A DNA stretch of 34,776 nucleotides, from positions 1 to 34,776 of IMG/VR virus record IMGVR_UViG_3300012952_000057; one strand, given 5' to 3'. A program made the translations under genes and the position numbers. Below the pieces are notes generated by a model that was not told where the DNA came from, searched no databases, and saw only the letters and a list, made by a program, of their open reading frames with translations. The DNA comes from a virus. Lineage: Duplodnaviria; Caudoviricetes. Each line of letters opens with the position of its first letter. Within the stretch, counting starts at the first letter, position 1. Below are positions 8,786 through 16,938 of this stretch, piece by piece.

Positions 8786-9730
8786 ATGCGTAATGAATTT
8801 TTGTGGGTAGAAAAATATCGCCCCAAAACTATTGAAGAATGTATTTTACCAACAAATATTAAGAAGACCTTCCAAGACTTCCTAGATAAAGGTGAGATAC
8901 CTAACATGCTGCTCGCAGGTCCTGCAGGATGTGGTAAAACAACTGTAGCAAAAGCACTGTGCAATCAACTGGGAGTAGATGTTTATGTCATCAACGGATC
9001 CGATGAGGGACGCTTTCTTGATACGGTCAGAAATACTGCAAAGAATTTCGCTTCGACCGTCTCACTTCAAGCAACTGGCAAACACAAAGTCATCATTATC
9101 GACGAAGCTGATAACACAACAAACGACGTACAACTCTTACTTAGGGCGTTTACAGAGGAGTTTTCTGGCAACTGCAGATTCATCTTTACCTGCAATTTCA
9201 AAAACAAAATTATCGAGCCCCTCCACTCCAGATGCGCCTGTATTGATTTTTCCACCAATTCCAAAAGCAAACCCCAACTTGCCGCCCTCTTCTTCAAAAG
9301 ACTCCAAGAAATCTTGGATACAGAGGCTGTTGAATTTGATAACAAGGTCCTGGTAGAATTAATCAACAAACACTTCCCTGATTGGCGACGTGTTCTGAAT
9401 GAGTGTCAACGTTACTCTGCTGGTGGTAAGATTGACTCTGGTATTCTTGCAACCTTTAGTGATGTAAAAGTAAATGACTTGGTTAAAAAACTTAAGGAAA
9501 AAGATTTCCCCGAAGTACGTAAATGGGTTGTCAATAACTTGGACAACGATACTAGTGTACTTCTGCGTCGTATTTACGATGCTTGTTATGATTCCATGGT
9601 TCCGAATAGTATTCCTGCTGCTGTGCTTTGTCTTGCTAAGTATCAGTATCAGATGGCATTTGTCGCGGATCAGGAGATAAATATGCTTGCTTGTTTAACC
9701 GAAATTATGGTGGAGTGTGAATTCAAATGA
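8786..9730 (+). CDS. gp44: Clamp loader large subunit gp44
   Basis: LWVEKYRP, Walker A GPAGCGKTT, IIIDEAD, SRC motif. Confidence 0.96.
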   Translation: MRNEFLWVEKYRPKTIEECILPTNIKKTFQDFLDKGEIPNMLLAGPAGCGKTTVAKALCNQLGVDVYVINGSDEGRFLDTVRNTAKNFASTVSLQATGKHKVIIIDEADNTTNDVQLLLRAFTEEFSGNCRFIFTCNFKNKIIEPLHSRCACIDFSTNSKSKPQLAALFFKRLQEILDTEAVEFDNKVLVELINKHFPDWRRVLNECQRYSAGGKIDSGILATFSDVKVNDLVKKLKEKDFPEVRKWVVNNLDNDTSVLLRRIYDACYDSMVPNSIPAAVLCLAKYQYQMAFVADQEINMLACLTEIMVECEFK

Positions 9731-10020
9731 TTGATGTAAAACTGTTTCGTATTACAACTGGAGAAGAAGTAGTTGCAGAACTTGTGTCTGAAACTGATGA
9801 TACTGTGACCGTTAAGAATGGTCTGGTTGTTCTTCCTACAAACACTGGTGTGGGATTTGCACCATGGGCTACTGTGATTGATCAGGAAAATCCAGAGATC
9901 ACAGTATCTAAACGGCATGTCGTTTATATTGTGCCTGTTCAAGAAGATGTTGCCAAACGATATAATGAAATGTTTGGTAGTAAATTAGTAACACCCTCTA
10001 GTAAAAAACTGATCGTATGA
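9727..10020 (+). CDS. Small beta-rich protein, probable Sm-like fold (paralog 1)
   Basis: VKLFRITTGEEVVAE...FAPW...ITVSKRHVV...VAKRY; pattern shared with ORFs 13867 and 14186. Confidence 0.7.
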   Translation: MIDVKLFRITTGEEVVAELVSETDDTVTVKNGLVVLPTNTGVGFAPWATVIDQENPEITVSKRHVVYIVPVQEDVAKRYNEMFGSKLVTPSSKKLIV

Positions 10021-10211
10021 AAATTCCTAGACAAAAGAAATCCAGAACGTACTACTACTTCTGGGCATTCATGGCACTTACAGTATTCTTTGGACAACTA
10101 TATGTTGGATATGGATATCGTCTCATGCATGGAAGTATGCTAGACTTGATGGATAAAGTTGATGGAGTTCTTCTCCATACAACACCTGATAAAGGACCTA
10201 AATTTCTCTGA
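10017..10211 (+). CDS. Small membrane protein (64 aa)
   Basis: Basic N-terminus followed by one hydrophobic segment (YYYFWAFMALTVFFGQLYVGY); overlaps both neighbours. Confidence 0.7.
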   Translation: MKIPRQKKSRTYYYFWAFMALTVFFGQLYVGYGYRLMHGSMLDLMDKVDGVLLHTTPDKGPKFL

Positions 10212-11092
10212 TGATGAAGTCTTTGAAAACTCCTCTTCGTTATCCTGGCGGTAAGAGTCGCGCATGTGTGAAGATGGACCAATATATTCCTGATCTGCGC
10301 GACTATAAAGAATATCGTGAACCATTTCTTGGCGGTGGTAGTGTAGCGATTTATATTACTAAAAAATACCCAAACCTCAAAGTCAAGGTAAATGATTTGT
10401 ATGGACCTCTTTACAACTTCTGGAGAGTTCTGCGGGATGATGGTGATGCCTTGTATGAAACACTATGTGATTTAAAATCTAGGTATCCAGATCCAGTTTA
10501 TGGTCCACAAGAAAATGGTTTTGAGTTCCCTGCAAAAGAATTATTTTTAGAATCAAAAAGGATTGTTAATGATTACACTGAATCGAATCTATCTCGCGCT
10601 AGTAGCTTTTATATTATTAATAAGTGTAGCTTTAGTGGACTCACCGAGTCCTCATCCTTCAGTAGACAAGCAAGCAAATCCAACTTCTCACTGCGAGGAA
10701 TCCAAAAACTCCCAGGATATACCAAAATAATTAAAGGTTGGGAGATTACTAATGAATCCTATAAAGAATTACTTACTGACCGTAAAGATGTATTCACATA
10801 TCTAGATCCACCATACGATATTAAAGATAATCTTTATGGGAAGAAGGGTAGTATGCATAATACCTTTAACCATGATGACTTTGCTGCTGATTGTGATCAA
10901 TATGTTGGACCTCAACTCATATCTTACAATTCTTCTAATTTGGTTAAAGAAAGATTTGATGGATGGAATGCAGCGGAGTTTGATCTAACTTATACCATGC
11001 GTTCAGTTGGTGAATACATGCGTGAGCAAAAAGATCGTAAAGAACTTTTACTTTTTAATTATGGAACTGAAGGATTGGCTCAACTCAATTAA
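10211..11092 (+). CDS. dam: DNA adenine methyltransferase (Dam/D12 class)
   Basis: PLRYPGGKS, EPFLGGGSV (SAM binding), catalytic YLDPPY, LISYN. Target sequence cannot be determined from this. Confidence 0.88.
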   Translation: MMKSLKTPLRYPGGKSRACVKMDQYIPDLRDYKEYREPFLGGGSVAIYITKKYPNLKVKVNDLYGPLYNFWRVLRDDGDALYETLCDLKSRYPDPVYGPQENGFEFPAKELFLESKRIVNDYTESNLSRASSFYIINKCSFSGLTESSSFSRQASKSNFSLRGIQKLPGYTKIIKGWEITNESYKELLTDRKDVFTYLDPPYDIKDNLYGKKGSMHNTFNHDDFAADCDQYVGPQLISYNSSNLVKERFDGWNAAEFDLTYTMRSVGEYMREQKDRKELLLFNYGTEGLAQLN

Positions 11093-11429
11093 CTTTAACA
11101 AAGAAGATCTATCAGAACACATCAAAGACTATCCACCATATATCGTTAATCGTTGTTTATCGGGGCACATGGATTGTGTGATGTATGTAAATGAAATGAA
11201 TAAGTATAACTTTCTTGATAAAGATATGCAATATTCTTTTTATCTAAATACTTTGAGGAAAAGAAAGAGATTCTCTCCTTGGCTCCGAAAGGATAAAGTT
11301 CAAGATTTAGAATGTGTCAAACAATACTATGGATATAGTAATGAGAAGGCATCTCAAGCTCTGAAAATTCTTACACAAGAACAACTTATTTTTATTAAAC
11401 AACGACTTGACACTGGAGGAATGAAATGA
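11061..11429 (+). CDS. gp62: Clamp loader small subunit gp62
   Basis: MELKDWLNSIN...YPPYIVNRCLS...RKRKRFSPW...YYGYSNEKA; directly upstream of regA. Confidence 0.92.
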   Translation: MELKDWLNSINFNKEDLSEHIKDYPPYIVNRCLSGHMDCVMYVNEMNKYNFLDKDMQYSFYLNTLRKRKRFSPWLRKDKVQDLECVKQYYGYSNEKASQALKILTQEQLIFIKQRLDTGGMK

Positions 11430-11863
11430 GTACTACGGTTGAACCAACGGTACAGTGGTCACAAGATCAAATGGTGCAGGTGCTTCTAAGTGAACCTGAT
11501 GACTTCCTGAAAGTTCGTGAGACACTGACACGCATCGGAGTTGCATCACGTAAGGAGAAGAAACTCTACCAGTCTTGCCATATCTTACATAAGCAAGGAT
11601 TGTATTATATCGTCCACTTCAAAGAGCTCTTTGCACTGGACGGAAAACATGCTAACCTTACTGTTAACGATGTTCAGAGACGCAATCGTATTGCACGTCT
11701 CCTTGCTGACTGGGGACTTATCTCCATCGTAAAAGAAGAATCAGTTCTCGACATCGCTCCACTGAATCAAATTAAAGTTCTGGCTTATAAGGATAAGTCG
11801 GACTGGATTCTGGAGCAAAAATATAATATTGGAAAGAAAGGAAAGACTCAGGAAACTGAATAA
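11426..11863 (+). CDS. regA: Translational repressor RegA
   Basis: PDDFLKVRETLTRIGVAS, LYQSCHILHKQGLYYIVHFKELFALDG. Confidence 0.97.
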   Translation: MSTTVEPTVQWSQDQMVQVLLSEPDDFLKVRETLTRIGVASRKEKKLYQSCHILHKQGLYYIVHFKELFALDGKHANLTVNDVQRRNRIARLLADWGLISIVKEESVLDIAPLNQIKVLAYKDKSDWILEQKYNIGKKGKTQETE

Positions 11864-11911
11864 ATAAATTTGAGTCTTTCGTGCGACTCTACGATTGTCG
11901 GAAACCCCCAT

Positions 11912-11945
11912 AAGGAGGTACGGTTGTTACCGTATCTCCTTTTTT
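11912..11945 (+). terminator. Rho-independent terminator after regA and the candidate sRNA
   Basis: 13-bp stem AAGGAGGTACGGT-TGTT-ACCGTATCTCCTT followed by a T-tract. Confidence 0.85.
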
Positions 11946-11955
11946 CGTGCCGTGC

Positions 11956-11963
11956 TATAAATA
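11956..11963 (+). promoter_or_regulatory. T4-type late promoter (TATAAATA) for hsp20
   Basis: Exact TATAAATA between the terminator and hsp20. Confidence 0.8.
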
Positions 11964-12020
11964 TATCGGATGCCTTCGGGGTCCACACAATCTAATCTCG
12001 CTTTAAAAGGAGAAGTACAA

Positions 12021-12455
12021 ATGGGAAACCTACAAAAATTTCATGCTGCCGATTTGCCAAAGTTGCTTGAAAAGATAAATAGGAACAGTATTGGTATGGA
12101 TGATTACCTTAGCAGGGTGTTTGACCTTCACGAAACATCTGCCTCATATACTCCGTACAACCTGGTGACAGTCAGCAACGTAGAGTCTAGACTGGAACTA
12201 GCACTTGCTGGATTTAAAAAGAAACAAGTAAATGTCTACACACAAGACGGAAAACTCTTTGTCGAAGGACAACGAGAAGATGGAGAAACTGGAACAGAAT
12301 ACGTCCATAGAGGAGTGGCTCAAAGATCTTTCACTAGAGCATGGACCCTCAGTGACGAGACGGAAGTTAGATCAGTTAGCTTTGAGGATGGGTTGCTGAG
12401 TATTACACTCGGCAGAATTGTTCCTACTCATCATCAAAGAAAGGATTGGTTCTGA
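12021..12455 (+). CDS. hsp20: Small heat-shock protein Hsp20 (IbpA-like)
   Basis: PYNL...LELALAGF...YVHRGVAQRSFTRAWTL...FEDGLLSITL; SD AAGGAG before ATG 12021. Confidence 0.95.
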   Translation: MGNLQKFHAADLPKLLEKINRNSIGMDDYLSRVFDLHETSASYTPYNLVTVSNVESRLELALAGFKKKQVNVYTQDGKLFVEGQREDGETGTEYVHRGVAQRSFTRAWTLSDETEVRSVSFEDGLLSITLGRIVPTHHQRKDWF

Positions 12456-12531
12456 AATCCTGACTAGATTCTGATGCAACGGATACAAAAGTGTATCAAC
12501 GTGATACACTTTTTCTATATAATTATGTACC

Positions 12532-12648
12532 ATGTATGATACTTTAATGGCACTATTCGCACTCTTCTCAGTCCTTACCGCATCAGCATTTGGAGCATAC
12601 AAGCTAACACCAAAATCAGAGGAAGAGGAATTATTTCTTCCTTATTGA
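12532..12648 (+). CDS. Small putative membrane peptide (38 aa, MYDTLMALFALFSVLTASAFGAYKLTPKSEEEELFLPY)
   Basis: One hydrophobic segment and an acidic tail; TATAAT at 12518-12523 just upstream. Not in the ORF track. Confidence 0.5.
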   Translation: MYDTLMALFALFSVLTASAFGAYKLTPKSEEEELFLPY

Positions 12649-12699
12649 ATAAACTGGTTTTGATATCCTAACATTTGGTAAACCAAACCCCAGAAGTGT

Positions 12700-12728
12700 T
12701 TGACACTCCTGGGGTTTTCCCTTATAAT
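12700..12728 (+). promoter_or_regulatory. Consensus sigma70 promoter embedded in an inverted repeat
   Basis: TTGACA-N17-TATAAT. The -35 lies inside AAACCCCAG-A-AGTGT-TTG-ACACT-C-CTGGGGTTT. Confidence 0.9.
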
Positions 12729-12775
12729 ATGGAGGTAAACAAGCCTGACGGCTTTACAACCCCCCTAAAACTAAA

Positions 12776-13756
12776 ATGTTTATCAAAATTCCCAAGAAAG
12801 GCGTGCCCGCCAACATTAGGAAACAAGTAGAAGAAGCACTTCCAGAACCTCTGGTTGTTGCTGGATGGAAATTTGTGCGATATGTTTGGCGTCGTCTTGA
12901 TCAGGTCAACACCAAGGATGCTGATGGAAACAGTGACAACACTGTTCGTATTGGTGGTACTGGTGCAAACGATGTCCTAAAAACTTCCCTTGCAAAAGGT
13001 ATTAATATTTCTAAACTTACTCCGTCAATCTTTCCAGATGACAATCTGTTGAACGGATTTAATCGATTTAAGAACCTTGCTCTTAATGGATATGAAGAGT
13101 GGATCTTTGCTGAGTATGAGATTGATGAGTCCACTAAAACTGAGTTCCAAGTAACTAAGCAAGATTACATCGATGACTTTCGTGCTGCTGCTAATGGTGG
13201 TGATGGAGCAAAGGTCATTACTCCTGACGAATTGAAAGAACTTGGTCGCAAACGTTTTGAAAAACGCCCAGACCGTAGTAAGAAAGCAGTTGCTCGTTGG
13301 GTTCATAGTCTTGACCTGAATCTTTCTAATGATCAAGTCAACGGTATTGCCCAGACTGTTTCAAAAGATTTTGCTCGTCGTGGTATCATCAACTCTTTTA
13401 CCCGTGAGGAAGCTGAAGTTCATGTTGCGGGAAAAGGATTTGGTGCTGATGTTTTGAATACCAAAGACAGTACCCGTGTTCTTCGTATGTTCCCTAAGAT
13501 TATGAGGAACTACGTGAATAACGGCACTATTTTCAAGTATGTTGATTATAATAGTGATGCTATAACTCACAAACAGATTGATGATGGACGTGAAGATTCT
13601 CAAAAAGAATTGATGACTATGCATAATTTGTGTTTAAAGTATGCAGCTACCGTTCAATTGAATGATGGTAAAATTTCTTGGGAACGTCTTGGTGGTTTGG
13701 CACAAAAAATTGGTACTGAAAAGGAAGGAACTGATGGTCTTGCAGTTGATTGCTGA
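12776..13756 (+). CDS. Hypothetical protein (326 aa), possible ParB/Srx-like N-terminal domain
   Basis: Long ORF with its own promoter. LLNGFNRFKNLALNG resembles the ParB/Srx hhDGxHR..A...G motif. Confidence 0.6.
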   Translation: MFIKIPKKGVPANIRKQVEEALPEPLVVAGWKFVRYVWRRLDQVNTKDADGNSDNTVRIGGTGANDVLKTSLAKGINISKLTPSIFPDDNLLNGFNRFKNLALNGYEEWIFAEYEIDESTKTEFQVTKQDYIDDFRAAANGGDGAKVITPDELKELGRKRFEKRPDRSKKAVARWVHSLDLNLSNDQVNGIAQTVSKDFARRGIINSFTREEAEVHVAGKGFGADVLNTKDSTRVLRMFPKIMRNYVNNGTIFKYVDYNSDAITHKQIDDGREDSQKELMTMHNLCLKYAATVQLNDGKISWERLGGLAQKIGTEKEGTDGLAVDC

Positions 13757-13791
13757 GATTGGTTCTAAATACTATTGAATATCGTCGCCGC

Positions 13792-13833
13792 AGAGGGGCA
13801 ACTGGCACAATCCAGTTGACGCCCCTCTTTTTT
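13792..13833 (+). terminator. Rho-independent terminator overlapping a sigma70 promoter
   Basis: AGAGGGGC-AACTGG-CACAAT-CCAGTT-GAC-GCCCCTCT followed by TTTTT. Confidence 0.8.
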
Positions 13834-13844
13834 ATTGGTAGAAT
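13816..13844 (+). promoter_or_regulatory. Sigma70-type promoter for the DNA polymerase operon
   Basis: TTGACG-N17-TAGAAT (extended -10 TG-G-TAGAAT), preceded by AACTGGCAC at 13800-13808. Confidence 0.8.
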
Positions 13845-13866
13845 GGGAACGAAGAAAAACTGACTT

Positions 13867-14247
13867 ATGACTATCAAATTACTGCTCTTGAAATCAGGTG
13901 AAGACATGATTGCCAGTGTGGCAGAGATGGGATATGGAGAAGGTGAAGACCGACGAGTGGTTGGATATTATCTCAACAAACCTTGCGTGATCAAGATGCG
14001 TGACCCTAACGTTCTTGATGATGCGAGTGAGGGACGTGGACGCAAGGCTGGGTATGAGGTATCTCTCTTCCCTTGGATGCCACTGTCTGCCGAAGAGACC
14101 ATCCCTGTTCCTTCTGACTGGGTTGTGACTATGGTGGAACCAACCATCAAACTAAAAGAAATGTACATCGAGGACATCGTAGACCATGGAAAAAACAATC
14201 AAAGCGATTCTGCTGACGAACAATCAGATTCTAGTGAGTCAGATTGA
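13867..14247 (+). CDS. Small beta-rich protein, probable Sm-like fold (paralog 2)
   Basis: IKLLLLKSGEDMIAS...LNKPCVI...LFPWMPLS...IPVPSDWVVTMVEP...LKEMY. Confidence 0.75.
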   Translation: MTIKLLLLKSGEDMIASVAEMGYGEGEDRRVVGYYLNKPCVIKMRDPNVLDDASEGRGRKAGYEVSLFPWMPLSAEETIPVPSDWVVTMVEPTIKLKEMYIEDIVDHGKNNQSDSADEQSDSSESD

Positions 14248-14443
14248 TGAAGTGGGAGCAGATATTGGCCAACCAGACTGTAAGTTGACCAATCCATTTG
14301 TTCTCCAGAAAGACGGGACACTGGAACCCTGGTTGATCTCTGTCTCACGTCAAGATGAATTTATGATTAGTTCTGATAAGATTATGACTCTTACAGAACC
14401 TATGCCCACCCTAGTTGAAAAATACGAAGAACTTACTAAGTAA
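14186..14443 (+). CDS. Small beta-rich protein, probable Sm-like fold (paralog 3)
   Basis: IKAILLTNNQILVS...LTNPFVL...LEPWL...FMISSDKIMTLTEP...LVEKY; stop overlaps the gp43 start (TAATG). Confidence 0.75.
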   Translation: MEKTIKAILLTNNQILVSQIDEVGADIGQPDCKLTNPFVLQKDGTLEPWLISVSRQDEFMISSDKIMTLTEPMPTLVEKYEELTK

Positions 14444-16938
14444 TGCGTTTCTACACTAATGTTCAGTTGATTGGTAATCAGTTCCTCGTTCGGGGAGTTG
14501 AGAATGGTAGGAGATATGAACACAGAGATGAGTTCTTTCCTACTCTGTTTGTGAAATCTAAGAGAGATTCAAAGTATCGAACATTAAGTGGAGAACCTGT
14601 AGAGGAGATTCATCCTGGAACAGTTCGCGATTGTCGTGACTTCTATAAGAAGTATGATGAAGTTGATGGATTTGAGATCTATGGAAATGATCGATACATC
14701 TATCAATACATCTCAGAGAAGTATCCTGAGGATGAGATTAAGTTTGACATCAGTCAGATTAAACTGGTAACTCTTGATATTGAGACCACTGCAGAGAGAG
14801 GATTTCCTGATGTAGAGTCTGCATCAGAAGAGATTCTTGCGATTACAATTCAGGACTATACCACCAAGCAGATTACTACCTGGGGCGTGAAACCTTTTGT
14901 TAACAAGCAGAAAAATGTTACTTACTATCACTGCCCTTCAGAACATGAACTGCTGAGCCACTTCATCAACTATTGGATGCAGGATGTTCCTGACGTGGTG
15001 ACTGGTTGGAACATTCAACTGTTCGATATCCCATACATCTGTAAGCGCCTCAACAGGGTGCTTGGAGAGAAGTTGATGAAGCGATTCTCCAACTGGGGTC
15101 TTGTGACCGAAGGAGAGGTTTTTATCAAGGGTAGAAAGCAGATCACCTTTGACGTTGGTGGACTCACTCAACTTGACTATCTGGATCTGTACAGAAAGTT
15201 CACATACAAAGCACAAGAATCATATCGCCTAGACTACATAGCAGAGGTGGAGTTGGGTCAGAAAAAACTGGACCACTCTGAGTTTGACACTTTTAAGGAT
15301 TTCTATACCAAAGGGTGGCAGAAGTTTATTGAATACAATATAATTGACGTAGAACTTGTTGACCGCTTGGAAGACAAGATGAAACTGATTGAACTTGCAC
15401 TGACCATGGCCTATGATGCCAAGGTGAACTATGCTGATGTGTTTTATCAGGTCCGCATGTGGGACAACATCATCTATAACTATCTAAAGAAACGGGATAT
15501 TGTTATTCCTCCCAAGATTAGGTCTGACAAAAACGAAAAGTACGCGGGTGCTTATGTCAAGGAACCGATACCAGGAAAGTATGATTGGGTTGTTAGTTTC
15601 GACCTTAATAGTCTGTATCCTCACCTTATCATGCAGTACAATATCTCGCCAGAAACGCTTCTGGAGGAGAGACATCCCACAGCAACAGTGGATAGAATAC
15701 TTGATGAAGAGATAAACTTTGAGTTGTACAAGGATAATGCGGTATGTGCTAACGGTGCTATGTACCGCAAAGACGTTCGTGGGTTCTTACCAGAACTTAT
15801 GGAGAAGATGTATGGTGACCGTGTGATCTTCAAGAAGAAGATGATTCAGGCAAAGAAAGATTATGAAAAAACTCCTACGAAGACTCTGGAGAAAGAGATT
15901 GCGCGATGCAATAATATTCAGATGGCTAAGAAGATTTCACTCAACTCTGCTTATGGTGCAATCGGTAATCAGTATTTTAGGTATTACAAATTGGCCAACG
16001 CGGAAGCGATTACGCTTTCTGGTCAAGTCTCTATCCGTTGGATTGAGAGTAAGATGAATGAGTATCTAAATAAACTGTTGCAAACAACAGAAGAGGATTA
16101 CGTAATTGCATCTGACACAGATTCAATTTATCTTAATCTTGGACCTCTTGTTGATAAATTTTTTGCTTCTAAGTCTAGCGACAAAGTTGCAATTGTTTCC
16201 CTACTTGACAAGATCTGCGAAGAAAAGTTTGAACCGTATATTGATCAGTGCTACCAAAATCTGGCGACGTATGTCTCGGCATACGATCAGAAGATGCAAA
16301 TGAAACGTGAGAATATTGCTGACCGTGGTATCTGGACCGCGAAGAAGAGATACATTCTCAACGTGTGGGATAGTGAGGGTGTTCGTTATGAAGATCCCAA
16401 ACTTAAGATGATGGGTATTGAGGCAGTTAAATCGTCTACTCCTGCTCCGTGTAGGAAGATGATTAAGGATGCCTTGAAGTTGATGATGAGTGGCACTGAG
16501 GAAGATGTAATTGACTTCATCGATAAGTCTCGCGCAGAGTTTAAGAAGTTGCCACCAGAGCAAATTTCTTTCCCGCGATCAGTTTCTGATGTTCAGAAGT
16601 ATAAATCCTCATCTGACATTTACGTGAAGGGAACTCCTATTCACTGTCGTGGAGCTCTTCTGTTCAATCACTATATTAAAGAGAAGAAACTTACAAACAA
16701 GTATTCTTTGATTCAAAATGGTGAGAAGATTAAGTTTTGCTATTTAAAGAAACCAAACATTATTCATGAAAACATCATCTCCTTTATTCAAGATTTTCCA
16801 CGCGAACTTGATCTTGACAAGTACATCGACTATGATCTACAATTTGAAAAGTCCTTTGTCGAACCACTGAAAGCCATCCTTGATGCTATTGGATGGAATG
16901 TCGAAAAAACTGTAAACCTAGAACTATTTTTCTCCTAA
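14443..16938 (+). CDS. gp43: Family B DNA polymerase gp43
   Basis: Exo I LDIET, Exo II GWNIQLFD, motif A SFDLNSLYP, motif B KISLNSAYG, motif C ASDTDS. Uninterrupted. Confidence 0.98.
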   Translation: MRFYTNVQLIGNQFLVRGVENGRRYEHRDEFFPTLFVKSKRDSKYRTLSGEPVEEIHPGTVRDCRDFYKKYDEVDGFEIYGNDRYIYQYISEKYPEDEIKFDISQIKLVTLDIETTAERGFPDVESASEEILAITIQDYTTKQITTWGVKPFVNKQKNVTYYHCPSEHELLSHFINYWMQDVPDVVTGWNIQLFDIPYICKRLNRVLGEKLMKRFSNWGLVTEGEVFIKGRKQITFDVGGLTQLDYLDLYRKFTYKAQESYRLDYIAEVELGQKKLDHSEFDTFKDFYTKGWQKFIEYNIIDVELVDRLEDKMKLIELALTMAYDAKVNYADVFYQVRMWDNIIYNYLKKRDIVIPPKIRSDKNEKYAGAYVKEPIPGKYDWVVSFDLNSLYPHLIMQYNISPETLLEERHPTATVDRILDEEINFELYKDNAVCANGAMYRKDVRGFLPELMEKMYGDRVIFKKKMIQAKKDYEKTPTKTLEKEIARCNNIQMAKKISLNSAYGAIGNQYFRYYKLANAEAITLSGQVSIRWIESKMNEYLNKLLQTTEEDYVIASDTDSIYLNLGPLVDKFFASKSSDKVAIVSLLDKICEEKFEPYIDQCYQNLATYVSAYDQKMQMKRENIADRGIWTAKKRYILNVWDSEGVRYEDPKLKMMGIEAVKSSTPAPCRKMIKDALKLMMSGTEEDVIDFIDKSRAEFKKLPPEQISFPRSVSDVQKYKSSSDIYVKGTPIHCRGALLFNHYIKEKKLTNKYSLIQNGEKIKFCYLKKPNIIHENIISFIQDFPRELDLDKYIDYDLQFEKSFVEPLKAILDAIGWNVEKTVNLELFFS

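Noticed and set aside
11970-12020. Longer N-terminus of Hsp20 from the ATG at 11970
   Set aside because: That ATG lies in the leader hairpin with no SD, while ATG 12021 has a strong AAGGAG.
12492-12508. Canonical NtcA site
   Set aside because: The spacer is 9 nt rather than 8, and the -10 box is not about 22 nt downstream; reported only as an unassigned palindrome.
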